64,000 nt of DNA. Source: Octopus sinensis. Its lineage: Eukaryota. Below the pieces are notes generated by a model, which saw nothing but the letters and a program-made list of their open reading frames with translations, was not told where the DNA came from and made no database searches. Positions 36,692 to 51,327 of this stretch are shown one piece after another; the first letter of the stretch is position 1, and every line of letters starts with the position of its first letter. Made by a program: the position numbers and the translations under genes. Location: positions 38,812,001 through 38,876,000 of the forward strand of contig NC_043000.1 of the NCBI RefSeq assembly GCF_006345805.1, written 5' to 3'.

Positions 36692-36976
36692 TATCGAAAA
36701 ATACCTTAGGAATCAGAACCCAGGTTCAAAATTTCCCCTAGACACCTGGCGAAGGCTCGAGGTTATATCAGCCAAAACGTTGTTTTAACAAACAAGATGA
36801 CGACAAATATCCGTCAAATGTAAATAATGTAAAGTTTACTATATCAAATTCTAGTTGTATAGTAAATGTTATAGGACTATTCTTTCATACGTTTGAAGCC
36901 TAAGGTTGTGGCCATGCTGGAGCACAGCCAGTATCTCTATAGGGATAGATAGAAATTATGTAACATTATAGAATTA

Positions 36977-37190
36977 TAGTAATCCGTCGCCATATCGCGG
37001 TTCACCTATTGCGAACTCAGTGCATCGCAGTTCACCCATCACGCATTCAGTACATCGCGATTTTATATCACGGAATCCTCAGTATATCGCGGGTTTCTGC
37101 GGCCGATGGGTATTTATATTTTTTTTAGATTTTAATTATTTATGTGGGAGGTTTTACAACGCAACACTCGCGGTGGTCGAGAGACTACTG
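36977..37190 (+). mobile_element. pogo/Tigger-like MITE
   Basis: TA-TAGTAATCCGTCGCCATATCGCGG...GGTCGAGAGACTACTG. Same family as 26331-26556. Confidence 0.65.
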
Positions 37191-37371
37191 TGTATAAAAA
37201 ATTCATATTGCAAATTTGTATCTTAAATTTTGGTTGGGTCACTTGGCCGTCATGAGCCCGGGGTGTTAAAACGCCGGAGCTTAACTCGGGTTAAATATCG
37301 AATAAGTACTGAGACTACAACACCAACCCACATTGAACGGGGTACTGGCTCGTCGCAGGGTTAACATCCAA

Positions 37372-37430
<59 letters not shown>

Positions 37431-37753
37431 ATTTGTGTGTGTGTATGTGTGTGTGTGTGTGTGTATGTGTGTGTGTGTGTATGTATAAGAATGCGCATTG
37501 TCAGTTTAATTGATAAATTCTATATGTGCCTGGAGATTGTTCGACATTTTAAAACTGATGTAATTCTTACAGTGTTTAATAAAATGAAGTAGCATGAAAC
37601 AATTGTACAATACTAACTTGGATATCCTTGTTGCTTATTTTGATTATAATCACCCCATTTGATTTATATGGATAATACCATACAAAATTCTGGTGCCTTT
37701 AACTTATGTACCATATTCATCTGAATCTATATTTTGAACTTATATATATATAT

Positions 37754-37790
<37 letters not shown>

Positions 37791-38020
37791 TCTTCTAAGA
37801 GACAGAACCACCTTCAAGCTACTCAATCAACATTGAACGACGTTATTTGTGATAGAGGTATATAATATTAAATATTATCAACTTAATACCTTCAATTACT
37901 AATCGGATTCACATACATTAGATAGACTACGCGCGTTTCATGACAATAAATCTATCGATATTGCTAGATTGAATTTCTCTTCCCTGTGGACTCGGAAACA
38001 AATTCCCCAATATTAATAAT

Positions 38021-38092
<72 letters not shown>

Positions 38093-38123
38093 TCATACAC
38101 ACATACACACATACATACATACA

Positions 38124-38157
<34 letters not shown>

Positions 38158-38805
38158 CATACAACCACGGCTATCAGCTATTTTGACAAATATGTTCGGT
38201 GTGGTGGAGAGGAAAACAAACGTCAATGACCTCCCTAACACGTACTGAATACCAAAATAAGCAATACTTAAGAACAATAAGCACTTTGGAAAATATTCAG
38301 CTGAACACACAAAAGAAGTGGATTTACAATTCATCGGATTATAATGGTTCTATATTTTTTTAATCAAGAAGCATACACCTGTTTCCTGAAGCGAGACGAC
38401 AAATACGAGATGATTTGATTGGAGACAACGAATTTGGAGATTTGCCAAAGAATCTGCACAACTTCATATTCATCTCCGCGAGATCTTCTGTCAAGATAAG
38501 TAACTGAAACACAATTTCTCTTCCTTTCTTTCGTTCTTTCTTTCGTTCTTTCGTTCTTTCTTTCGTTCTTTCGTTCTTTCTTCCTTTCTTTCTATTTTTC
38601 TTTATCTATTTATTTATTTATTTTTCCCTGTCTCAATTCCTCACTTTTTCTGTCACATATATATGTGTATGTGTGTGTGTGTGTGCGGGCGTGTGTACAT
38701 GTGTTTGTGTGCGTGTGATATAAACCCTACGGACTTGGCACTAGCGTTTCAAATCACAGTTTACTCTCAGGGCCCCTCAGAAAAAAATATAGAAAATTAT
38801 ATATA

Positions 38806-38844
<39 letters not shown>

Positions 38845-39404
38845 CATCAGTAAACATTATCCACGCACACACACACCCATAAACACACCTCACACATATA
38901 GACAGATTGTTGCACGGGCACCGAATTGTGCTAATGAAGTTCGCTTAGCAACCTTGCTTTCCGGTCCAGTGCCAGTGTGCATCCCCTATATACAACAGAT
39001 TCCTTTCAGTTTCCATCAACGAAATCCTCTCACAAGGACCGGCCTGAGGCCATAGTAGAAGACAATGTGACACACAGTCGGACTAAACCCAGAACCGTGC
39101 TGTTAGAAAGCTACCCTCTTACCACACAGCCACGCTAACATGAAGAAAACTGATATATAAATATATATTCTTATATGAAATCACAAGCTCCATTTCTGTC
39201 CTCACAATTTGTTATAAATTCACGTGTTGCTATTTTTGCTCTCCGCTTCCCCTACAACTCATTTAAAGCTTGGACCATTCGAGACCAGGCGGACGCAGCA
39301 GATATTTCGTTGGAGCGCTCAGAGCATCACACGTGACTATACAAATAAAAAGCTATCACTAGCCTAGTGTCCTTAAATGTATGTGTCCTATATATGTATG
39401 TGTG

Positions 39405-39439
<35 letters not shown>

Positions 39440-39448
39440 TAGTATGTA

Positions 39449-39482
<34 letters not shown>

Positions 39483-40037
39483 TATATATATACACATATA
39501 TATATTTCAAAAATATAACTCATTTATTTATTTTTCGTAAAATTTTTTCGTTACACCTTTCAACCCTTTCAAGCAACTATTGAAAATGTTGGAAGATGCA
39601 TCGAACATTTTAGGATAAATAAATAAGTAAATGAGTTGAAATTTACCAGTGACTGTGTTAAATAATAAAGCACTTAAAGAGAATGACTTTGCCAAGACAC
39701 GACAAAATTATAACAAATAGAACATTCGTAGCTTATTCCTCAGCAGTCAACGTCTAAAATATCATTACAATTTCGCGCCTTTAACGTTAAATATTATTTA
39801 CATTTGGTGGCGCTAGTGGAGAAAAACCATTGGGAATAGCTAACAAATGTACAGGACAGTGAATAAAACAAATGCAACAAGATAAAACATGCATATACAG
39901 CATCAAAAGACAGACCTATATATACATATATATATATGTGTGTGTGTGTGTATGTGTGTGTGTGTGGTGCGTGTGTGTGTGTGTGTGTATGTATCTATGT
40001 ATATATAATATATATATATATATATATAATATATATA

Positions 40038-40079
<42 letters not shown>

Positions 40080-40165
40080 TAGACAGAATGAGATAACAAA
40101 GTCAAGGCTGTGAGGAAACTTCAGGACATTTATAATAGAGTAGTCTTACAGCGGTTTCTGGTATA

Positions 40166-40570
40166 TTATGTATATCCCTTCAGAATCTGTTCCTCGTCGA
40201 CGCCCAGATTCTGCCCGAGAACGTCATCGCACCTCCCCTTCACTAATCCTTTGTTGTTATGAAGTCGCACAAGTTTGAAAGCAACGCGACACTCGCTTTG
40301 CCATTCGCCTAGCCTCGGTCTCTGATCCACGACTGCAGTTCGACCAAGGTGACGAGCTGCGGAAAAGCGCGTCGCACAAACGGCAACCACACCTGTTCAC
40401 TGTAGTCTACGAAGCGCTGGAGATGTCGCAGTTTCACCGCATGTCTGCGCATGATCGACCACGACATGTCTACCCTCCATTTAGCGGTCGTTGACAGCAA
40501 ATGGATCGCCTAACCATCGGAACCCTTCCCTTCCACGAGAAGCGGAAGAGTATGTGTTCCAGTTTGGTGA
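40166..40570 (-). mobile_element. Tx1/L1-clade ORF2 fragment, frameshifted
   Basis: [31 protein letters not shown] followed by ..MRRHAVKLRHLQRF..QVWLPFVRRAFPQL resembles the L1/Tx1 FLWxG..P.V.R....P...GGLG motif after the RT domain. Confidence 0.6.
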
Positions 40571-40575
40571 TAGAG

Positions 40576-40578
40576 ATG

Positions 40579-40633
<55 letters not shown>

Positions 40634-40665
40634 CGATCGATAGATAGATAGATAGATAGATAGAG

Positions 40666-40753
<88 letters not shown>
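40576..40753 (+). repeat. (GATA)n microsatellite
   Basis: Direct reading. Confidence 0.95.
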
Positions 40754-41396
40754 TGAGCTCACATATTATATTTAGATTTCTGTCTACCAGTCTGTGCATG
40801 TGATCACGTGTTTCTGGCATTTTTCAGCTCATTCAATATACATATAGTATAATAGAGCCTATTGAAATACAACACAAATTCGATATTTTATTAGTAAGAT
40901 CATATTTGATACAGAATTTTGCCAATTTATCTTGCAGCCTCAATCATTTCCATTCTGTCTTGAATTCTCTGCGTCACTCTCCTCTCCACCTCTCTCTCTC
41001 CCTCTCAATCTCTCTCCCTCCCATCTCTCTCTCTCTCTCTCTCTCTCTCCTCTCTCTCTCCTCTCTCTCTCTCTCTCGTGTCTTACCTAATTCACCTTCA
41101 ATGTTCTGCGATTTAGTTTATTTTCTGCTTCTCTTCCATCGGCTCTGCACTATAATATCCTGACATACTTTAAAAGTATAAATCCTAAAATTAGCAACAT
41201 CTACTACACACGCCCAGACATAAACATACATTCTACAATGCACACAGGATCACAATTGCGCACACACATGCACACGCACAAATACACACACACACACACA
41301 CACACACGCATACATGCATACATTCTCACGTAAATACAATCACGTGGGTATGCATACACATATATATACATGTACACAAAAATGCATATATATCTT

Positions 41397-41437
<41 letters not shown>

Positions 41438-41531
41438 ATGTATGTATGTGTAGTCGTTTATAAATCCATATACATACACACGCACACACACATACACGCT
41501 CAAGCATACACACATGCATACACAAACTTGC

Positions 41532-41565
<34 letters not shown>

Positions 41566-41955
41566 TCAAAGAGGAAGAATTGTAGATAAGTACTTACATA
41601 CACAGATGTGCATACGTGTGCGTACAGAGAGAAGGAGAGAGAGGAGGGAGAAAAAAGAAAGAAAGAGAGTGAGAAGTTGAGCGATGCTCAAAAACATTCT
41701 CTAACAAATATACAATATAAAGAAACAAATAAATATATAAACACAAATAATATAAATGTATAATTATTTCTATTGAAAATTATAGGGAAATATACATTAT
41801 GTTTAATTTTATAAAATTCTTTATAATTTCCCATAAATAACGTTAGATTTCCACAGCTTTTTCTCTCTCCCTCTCTATGTGTATATACATTCGTACATAC
41901 TTACAAACATACATACATATATATAACCGCATGTTCATGATTTGTGCAATGTGTA

Positions 41956-42010
<55 letters not shown>

Positions 42011-42919
42011 TCGCGCGTGTGTGTGTACGTACGTATGTATTTATGTATGTATATTCTTAAATCTCCTTGAAATATTTGTGTATTGTCTTCTTAAAAAATG
42101 GCGGGGTGTGTGGAATGAAGGACGAATATTATTGTTTAATGCACTGTTTATGCAAAATAATCGGACGTTCAAGGTTAGTTAGTCTTTGATCATAAGTTTG
42201 CCGGATCAGGAACGACCTGGTGTTAAACAAGTTCGTTTTCTTATTGACTAACTCAAAGAAATTAAGAGAAGCGATATGGAAAGATGTGAGGAACTTTAAA
42301 GCCGTAGAGGAGCTGAGAATAAGAGCAAGAGAGGAAAAAGCGGAAGACAGATTAATAAAAATGGAGAGAGCGATGAAAAGATGGAAAGATATGAAGAAAG
42401 AGGGAAAGTGGGAAAAGTGGGAAAAGTGGGTATGTTACGGTGAGGACAAGAGATAGATGTGACAGAGAGGCATTGATAAAATAGGAAATAAATATCTAAA
42501 TAAATAAATAAGAAAAAGGACGGAAAAATCTATTTCTTGTGTTGAAATGGTTGAAAGGCCAAGTCAAGAATAATTATTGTAGTTAAGAGAACTTCTATAG
42601 AAGAATTTCCAGTGATTTATTTCATGTGTAACAGGAACTGATTGAAGGAACAACATTATCGGTGATGTCTAATGTATAGGCAATCAACATTTTACATTAG
42701 AACTGAAAAGAAACGAGCAATGTGTGCGATCAACAAGTAATTACCTGACAATATCCGCATGAATCAAATTTCAATTCACGTAAGCATGGACGTCACACTT
42801 TCTTTACTTAATAAAACCCCTCTACATGATTTCGTAGACATCCTAGAAATAGCAACCAAATCTTAGACGTCGCCCGTATTATATCAGCTACGCCACCTTC
42901 TGCACGTGCTTTTGTAGAC

Positions 42920-43360
42920 AGGTGCAGAAGTGTCTATGTGGTAAGAAATTTACTTCCCAAACACATGGTTGCGGGTTCAGTCCCACTGCGTGGCACCTTG
43001 GCTTAGTATCTTCTACTATAGCATCAGAGCGACCAAAGCCTTGTGAGCAGATTTGGTTGACAGAAACTGAAAGAAGTCAGTCGTAAATGTATATAAATAT
43101 ATATATATATTATATATATATATATATATATACGCGTGTGTTTGTGTGTATGTGTGGTGTCTTTGCCTTCCACCTCCTCTTGATCATCGGTGTTAGTGTG
43201 TTTGACATCCCCAAAAGTTAGCAGTTCGGCGAAAGAGAACGATAGAATAAGTACTGATCTTTGCAAAAACATAATTACTGTGGTCGATTTCTTCGACTAA
43301 AATTTCTTCAAGCCGATGCCCCAGCATGGCCGAAGACTAAGAACTGAAACAAGTGAACAA
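42920..43360 (+). mobile_element. SINE family A
   Basis: GTGGTAAGAAATTTACTTCCCAAACACATGGTTGCGGGTTCAGTCCCACTGCGTGGCACCTTGG... with A and B boxes and a CORE-like segment. Confidence 0.85.
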
Positions 43361-44750
43361 CAACAACAAAAATATCCTCGAAATAACAACCAGATCTTAG
43401 ACGGCACACTTTTATTATTCACCTACTAAAACTCTTCTACGTAATTTCCTCAACATCCTCGAAATAGCACCCAAAGCCTTCTACAATGTCATTCAAATAT
43501 TGTAAAATAACAACGATGCATTATTAAATGCAGTGCTTATGCAATAGGGACATAATGGTCTCTTCTGGAACATCTTTCGTTATAAACTTATCGACAACAG
43601 CAATTACATCGAGTTATGCAAGTATTTATTATTAGTCAGGGATTTTTTATGTAAGCTCAAGGGCCCTGAATTGAATAAATCCCAGTATGTTCATAAAATT
43701 CTGGGTTCAGTTTCTTTACCAGACGGTTCGTTGTCTCTTCTAGCAAAGACCCCTTTTCTTGTAATTTTGCTATAGTGTTCTGTTGCAATGCATGGCAACC
43801 GAGTGCAATTCTACCCAACTCTTTTATCCCTCAGCTGTTACATCCTGAAACTACCACTGGGGGCAAGGAGAAAGGAGAGCAGTGACGGGACTAAAGAAGT
43901 GCCTATAACAGCACAGAGCATGCTACCAAGCCATACTTGCTTATGTATGCCGGTGGCCTCTACGTTGTTTTAAATAGTAATTCCTGGACATTACTATCTC
44001 GATTTTTAGGACTCATAGGGCCGGTTCTCCGGGTTTTATGGTGTATATGAGACCGACATTACAACGTACCCCTGTACAGGACGCTAGTTGACCACAGGGT
44101 TACTCCACAGCTAAATAGACAAGAGCAACTTGAAATAAATTGTTTTGTTCAAGAACACCCCACATCACCGAGTTTAAATGCCCAAATTCAAGCAACTATA
44201 TCTAAACTGGTTTCCTTTCTCCTCCTTTCATAAATTTAAACAAACACATAGATACTCATAGGGGAAAGGAGGAGGAAGAAAAGATGAAGTGAAATAATCG
44301 ATATTTTCTCCACTGATTGCCTATTGGAAAAACACAAGGGAGCCATCTTGTAGGAAATATTAACACCGACCATCCATCACCAAGTACACACTGGAGTTCT
44401 GTTGATACTATAATATACACTTGCTACGGGTCAATTTGAATTGATAACATTTTTATCGCTGAATTCCTCTATTCTGTAAAGGAATCGATTTGCTCAATCA
44501 AATGATTACCGAAATCGATCCTCGTGCCATTCATTGATCGGTCAGTTCAAATGATCAACTTCACCACTTCTCAAGTTTATCGTTTTCTGAGATCACCTGA
44601 TTCGGTTTATTGTCTGCTTCCGATATAAGAGTCTGTTAGGCTTGAATGGAAATTCTAAATTGTAGCCGAAAATTGTTAAAGTGAAAATGTGTCAAAAATG
44701 AAGATTTTAACACCAGAAACAATTACCGATTTAAATGTAAAGCTCATATA

Positions 44751-44785
44751 TTGGGTTGTCCGGAAAGTTCGTGCCGATTTATAGT
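44751..44785 (+). mobile_element. Solitary mariner-type TIR
   Basis: TA followed by TTGGGTTGTCCGGAAAGTTCGTGCCGATTT. No partner TIR found in the window. Confidence 0.5.
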
Positions 44786-45124
44786 AGCTTAATTTTCGAC
44801 TTATTTGGTTGAGTCCATAAAATGGGGCTAAATTACAGCAACATTCGTCCTAAACTAGGACTGCCATGTTATGTTGACCAACAATCTTTACTCCAAAGTA
44901 TTGTTACTGAATATCTCTCGTTGTGAGATTTGAAAATAGTAATTTTCTAACAGTAGGTTATAGTTTTATATGATCTCAGGATTCTGCAACCTCTCGTTAA
45001 TTTCTTTCTTGTCAACTTGCCCTTGGAGAATCCCTCTCTCCGAGACGCTGGATTTCTTGCTCCCCACTACAAGTTCCCTCTACTCCTTTTCTTGGTTTTA
45101 TTATGCACGAAAAATCTAGCGGAA

Positions 45125-45638
45125 GATTTAATTTTGTTTTTCTCTAACGAGAAAAAATTCGACCAAGATCAAATATTAACAGAAGAAATGAAAGATGGTT
45201 GTGTGCAGACGCTTCTGAAGTCCCAAACGCTATGCATACAAAATTTCCTGAAACTGTCATGGATTTAGGGGTTGTCAGCATTGAAGGACATGTGATGCCA
45301 CCTTATTTCTTTCCACAAAGCCTTAAAGTTAAATCTGCTACCTACATTGAGGCCCTGAAAATAATTGTTAAGCTCTGGATAGACAGTGTCTGCAATGGAA
45401 GGCCTTATGTGCTTCAGTAAGACTCTGAACTATCACACAGTAATGGGCGGCTAAAAGTTTTCGTGATCACATAAAACCAAACGTTTGATTTCCTAATTCC
45501 CCAGATCTCAATTCCGTGGACTATTACCTGTGGAGCGTTGTTGAGAGGCAGGTCAATGAACACGCCCATAACGCAAAAGATTCTATGAAAGCTGCCATAG
45601 TCAGCATGAATCTGTCCTCAAATATATAACGCACCCTG
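45125..45638 (+). mobile_element. maT (DD37D) Tc1/mariner transposase remnant
   Basis: FFSNEKKFDQDQ..MHTKFPETVMDLGVVSIEGHVMPPYFFPQSLKV..WIDSVCNGRPYVLQ*DS..FPNSPDLNSVDYYLWSVVER. CACCCTG at 45632-45638 could be a TIR end. A deletion prevents counting the D2-D3 spacing directly. Confidence 0.8.
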
Positions 45639-45654
45639 AAAATATTTCTCCAGC

Positions 45655-45714
45655 GTTCTGGTCTGATGACCCTCGTTCTTGTCTAATGACCCTCGTTCTG
45701 GTCTAATGACCCTT
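45655..45714 (+). repeat. 20-bp tandem repeat, 3 copies
   Basis: GTTCTGGTCT(G/A)ATGACCCTC. Confidence 0.9.
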
Positions 45715-46066
45715 CATGTTTGTTTTCGATTAGTTTCCTTGAAGGTTTCCACTATCCTATTTTTGTTCACAACTTTGACCCTCCATAAATCCCAAATTAT
45801 ATTTTGGTACTTATGGGAGAAACTGTCTTCAAAGACTCATATTGTCGCCCGATGCTCGAAATGAGGAGTAGATAGACAGCCATCAACTTTATGTTACTTG
45901 TCCTGTTTTCCATTAGTTTCTCTGGTTGTTTGCGTATTTAACTCATTTGCTTTCGTATTTCACGTTGTTGGCTGTTGGTGACGTCCTGTACCCATATATG
46001 CATATATATATATATACATATTATTATTTGATTGAACGCCACGCACCCATTTCCAAGTAAGGTTTT

Positions 46067-46102
<36 letters not shown>

Positions 46103-46351
46103 CTTTATGCATTTACTTGTTTTAGTTATTTGGCTGTGGGCATGCAGGAGCATTACCCTCAGTCGAACAATCAGTCCCAGGACTTATTCTTTGTAAGCCT
46201 AGTACTTATTCTATCGGTTTCTATTGCTGAACCGCTAAGTCACGGGGACGTAGACACACAACATCGGTTGTCAAGCGATTCTGGGGTGACAAATACACAT
46301 GCACAAATGCACACACACACACACATATAGATATTATATGTATATATATAT

Positions 46352-46393
<42 letters not shown>

Positions 46394-46441
46394 CACTCTC
46401 TCTCTCTCTATCAATCAATCTATATATATATATATATATAT

Positions 46442-46469
<28 letters not shown>

Positions 46470-46472
<3 letters not shown>

Positions 46473-46640
46473 GTCGGAATTTACAAAAAAAGTAAAGACA
46501 GGTGTGTAAACAACAAACAGATTTATTAGTTTAACGTTCGGGAAGGTGAGAAAGTCTTTTACGTTTCGATCCTACGCTCTTCAACAGAAAGGAACACGAG
46601 AAAATAAACAGAGAGAGAATAAAAAATGGTTTAGTGGCTA
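46470..46640 (-). mobile_element. Hammerhead-bearing short element, variant core CUGUUGA
   Basis: Minus strand 46555-46591 reads CTTT CTGTTGA A GAGC GTAG GATC GAAAC GTA AAAGA. Its 3' end abuts (TA)n. Confidence 0.65.
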
Positions 46641-46856
46641 GCGGTCTATCATGGTGATATATATATATATATAAATAGGGATTTGGTCGGCCCGAGGCTA
46701 TAGTAGAAGACATTGTCCCAAGGTGCCATGCAGTGGGACTGAACCCGGAACCATGTGGTTGTGAAGCAAGCTTCTTACCACACCCACGCAGCGCCTGTAA
46801 ATATATATATGTGTGTGTGTGTGTGTTTGTGTGTGTATATATACATACATATATAT

Positions 46857-46887
<31 letters not shown>

Positions 46888-47540
46888 GGATGCATTTTTG
46901 GTTCGAGCTAATTAGCAGTGCTCAAATTTCTTCGCACAGTATGTAGGTGAGTCAAAGGACTAAGCTAGCAGCTAGTTCAATCTGTTTACCTTTCATCCCT
47001 CAGAAGCCAGACAAAACTAAACGGCAGCAAACCCCATCGACTTCGGCCATGTGTTGTAAATAAGTGTCTTACTTATGACGTAGAATAGCAATATTAGAAA
47101 ATATTATTAATTTCTTTTTCCACTAACTGCAATCACCGCATTTCAATATATTAATAAAATAGCAGTGAGAGAGTGAGTGGGTGGCTTTCCTGCCCTTTAC
47201 GAAGGACGTTAGCTGTGTACGTTCCGAGGATATAATAAGGAACTCAAATGGTGTCGCAATCAAGACAGGCCGGAAATTTACGGCGTTCCCTACACAGGAA
47301 ATGAATACTTATTAATAGTATACACACCTATAGATACACGACCGCTCCCCTCACATATACATGAAGATATATACATGCATTCATAGAAACACAACTAAAA
47401 ATCGATATACATATATCAGAGAATATGCGTGTGTGCGGGTTTGTTTTTTTATGTATCAGGAAATATGTAGCATAAGATTCATTAATTCATGCATGAATGA
47501 TCTCCCAGAATTTATAAAAGAACGTTTCTAAAAAGCATGT

Positions 47541-47578
<38 letters not shown>

Positions 47579-47580
47579 AC

Positions 47581-47613
<33 letters not shown>

Positions 47614-47706
47614 GTGCACGCATGCACTCATACATACATACGCACGAAGTCGCACACACGCACGTATATATAATACACAGACACATACATATATATATAT
47701 ATATAT

Positions 47707-47748
<42 letters not shown>

Positions 47749-47798
47749 AATGGGTAGGTGTTTGTGTGTGTGTGAATGTACATACACTCACAAAGAAC

Positions 47799-47849
<51 letters not shown>

Positions 47850-47926
47850 ATTCACCATACACACTTACATATATACATACATATACGTCATAATACATAC
47901 AGACAGATACACGCACACACAGACTC

Positions 47927-47967
<41 letters not shown>

Positions 47968-49247
47968 TAAACCCATGTAAACATATTTCATGCCTGATAC
48001 ACACGCCGTGGTCTCTCTGACGTTTTATGCTTATTTCAACTCATAACATGAGAAGTTACTTTATTTTTATCATCTTGAAACACTAATGACGTCAACACCT
48101 TTAAGCTGGTGGCTTGGAATGTCAAAGCTATTTGTGGAATTCCATTTCTGCTGATTTTTTATCACTGTCACCCCTTCCTTTCTGATTTTTCTACATAGTT
48201 TCTAACATTAGATCTGTGAAAGATAATAATAGCAGTTCTTCAAAGATTCACGTCAATATTCACTCATCAATATTCGCCGTGTGACACTGGGTAATTTCTC
48301 CATTTACTACTTTGATTCAGTTTTCAACACTGGAGAGTTCTATTTACGCACTTCGACGACTGACGTAAGTAAAAATTTACTACTTACGACTGATGGCAAC
48401 GCAAAAGAGAGACAGAGCGAAAGAGGCAGACGGAGAATCACAGAGAGACAGGGAGAAGCAAAAATAATAAAACGAAAATGTCAGCAACCTTGAACAAGAG
48501 ACTAGTGAAGGGGATGACAGCGTCATCATAGCTAACTGACGGAGATCCTGAATTACTATAAATGGTGAAAGACAGAGGAGATGAAAATCTCCGCAGAAAA
48601 CCTACACTGACAGACAAATATAATCACGTATTAATAACTGTTTCTAAAATAGTTAGATAAGGCTGAAATTCTGCGAGAAAGGGTTAAATGCAAATATCGA
48701 TCTCAGTACATCATCGATTTTCCGGAACTTTTCCAAAGCCATTCCGGACTACTGACTCTTCTGAAAAAAAAAGGGAGTGGGGGTTGGGTTCACATTGGTC
48801 AACATACACCAAATGAAATAAATATTGGTTTCAAATTTTGGAACACTGCCAGATAAACCGGGTGAAAGGAGTTAAGTTGGATAGCGTCCACCCGACTGTT
48901 CAACAGGTAATTATTTTGTCAACCCAGAAAGGATGAAATGCATAATCGACTGCGGTGGAATTTGAACCCAAAACATAAAATCGGACGGAATGCAGCTAAG
49001 CATTTTGTCCGACGTTCTAGCGACTCTGCTAGCTCATCGTCTTAAATTAATATTGGTTATAAATTTTGGCAGAAAACCAGCAAGTTTGTAGGATGGTGGT
49101 AAGTTAATTACATCGCCCCAGTGCTCAACTGGTACTTATTTTATCGATCCCCCCAAAAAAAGACAAAGTGGACCGCGGCAGAATTTAAATAATTAAATGA
49201 AATACAGATACCTGTACATTAGTGGAAATTAGTGTATATTATAAAAT

Positions 49248-49604
49248 GGAAGCGGAATGGCCCATTGGTTAAGGCAGCAAATTCGGGGTTGTAGGATCGC
49301 GGTTGTAGGATCGCGGTTTCGTCTCCCAGACAGGGCATTATGAGGCTCCGGCAGGGGGTGGTAGCGAACCATACAGTACTCTTTCACCACAATTTTCGCT
49401 CACTCTTTGTTCCTGTTTCTGTTGTACCTGTTTTTCAAAGGGCCAGCCTTGTCACTCTCAGTGTCACGCTGAATCTCCACGATAACTACGTTAAGGGTAG
49501 ACGTGTCTGTGGAGTGATCAGCCACTTGCACGTTAATTTCACGAGCAGGCTGTTCCGTTGATCGGATCAGCTGGAACCCTCGTCGTCGCAACCGACGGAG
49601 TGTC
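49248..49604 (+). mobile_element. SINE family C, with tRNA-like head and body
   Basis: GGCCCATTGGTTAAGGC head, and tail GGAACCCTCGTCGTCGCAACCGACGGAGTG. Confidence 0.8.
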
Positions 49605-50144
49605 ACATTATGTTACAAAAATATCAAGTAAGCTGGTGTTACATTTGATACGTGTTTTATCGCTGAATTTGAACGTAGAATACACGAAGCTGTAACAGTA
49701 CCGTAATGTATTTGTTGACGTTCTAAAGATTCTGCCATGTGGTTACCCTTGATGGTTGTTTTTAATTTAAGCAGAACCATGAGATTTTTGAGTTACGGGT
49801 GTTAATCGATTATTTAGATTTTTTTGCTATCTTCGGTTTATAATTTATCGGTTTCTGAAGAATGACAGTTGAAGTTTTGATACGCTGAATTCGAGCTTAA
49901 GACATTTTTAAACAAAGCTGCAACGGCGCTGCTATTTCGCTTCCCTAAACCAAGTTTTTATAATAAGCAAAATCAGATACAAACAACCGTTGATTTATAC
50001 ATACACACACAATGTCGCACACAAACACATACACACATACACACAGACACACACACACAAACAGACGCGCACGCACATATTTGCATATATCTATATCCTT
50101 ACATAAGCCTTTATGTATATGTGCATGTGTATGTATATTCGTTT

Positions 50145-50345
50145 ATTCTTTTATTTGTTTCAGTCATTTTACTGCAGCCATGCTGGAGCACAGCCTCTAG
50201 TCGAACAAATTGAGCCCAGGACTTATTCTTTCGAAGCCTAGTACTTATTCTATCAGTGTCTTTTGCCGAACCGCTAAGTTACGGAGACGTAAACACACCA
50301 ACATCTGTTGTCAAACGATGGTGAGGGGACAAACACAGACACACT
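50145..50345 (-). mobile_element. SINE family A, 3' half
   Basis: TTTCAGTCATTTTACTGCAGCCATGCTGGAGCAC...GCCGAACCGCTAAGTTACGG. Confidence 0.85.
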
Positions 50346-50374
50346 AATGCACACACACAAACACACACACACAC

Positions 50375-50416
<42 letters not shown>

Positions 50417-51012
50417 AGAGAAAGAGAGAGAGAGCAATATAGGAGGAAAAAGGCAGATAAACAGAAGTCGGCTTAATGTATATAATGACATGAAATGTAA
50501 AATACAAAGCACGAAATAAAGAAACGAAGTAAACGAAAGTCATGTGATTGTCTTATCGTGACAGCTGTTTCGAGGAGCCGCATAGCTTATGCCGTAACAA
50601 CGTTTATACATAATACATGTCGTTGCTCTATGTAATATCACAAGTTCTTAGGCATTCGTTAACCGAAAACAGGATACCCTTATCTGAAGAAAATGGTAAA
50701 TGACTGTGATCTGGCTTCCCCTAACGTATCAACAGGAACTTTTCCTTCTACCTATGCCTGTAATAGTTGCAAATCTCTAAGTTTCTGAGCTTGTTTTCGA
50801 ATTCTCACACATATTCACTTCTCAATAACAAAAGTGGTCATTGGCTTTACTTGAATTAGCAAATGTAAAGCACTCCCAGTCCGAGATATATTATAACAAT
50901 GAAGAAAACGGAACTGTCGTGATTGAAATATCTTTCAGTGTGGGTCTGCTGGATACCGACGGATGTGAATAGACAGGAAAACAACAGCACAGTCACAAGC
51001 TAATGAGAGAGA

Positions 51013-51049
<37 letters not shown>

Positions 51050-51327
51050 GTACAAGGACACAACTACACAATGCATATAGTCTGTATGTGAGCGACGCAT
51101 TCCTCGCAATGGATAGATCGGAAGACGTCAAAAAAGGAATAATGTAGATTGAGGAAACCACGGAAACATCTCCGTGCTTAGACACAACATTGAGAACTAT
51201 GCCTTTATATCTAGTGGTCACTCTGACTCACTCAATGTCTAGACATAAACATTTAGATAAAAAAAATGTAAATAGCGGAAGCGTTAAACCCGATCAGAAG
51301 AATGGCATTAATAAATGTATCTTAAGA

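Noticed and set aside
42220-42456. 78-aa charged ORF (possible LINE C-terminus or exon)
   Set aside because: The purine-rich low complexity and a 9-bp tandem repeat (GGAAAAGTG) explain the open frame. I recognised no motif with confidence.
43788-43973. 61-aa ORF in unique sequence
   Set aside because: No recognisable domain and no paired splice sites in an open frame.
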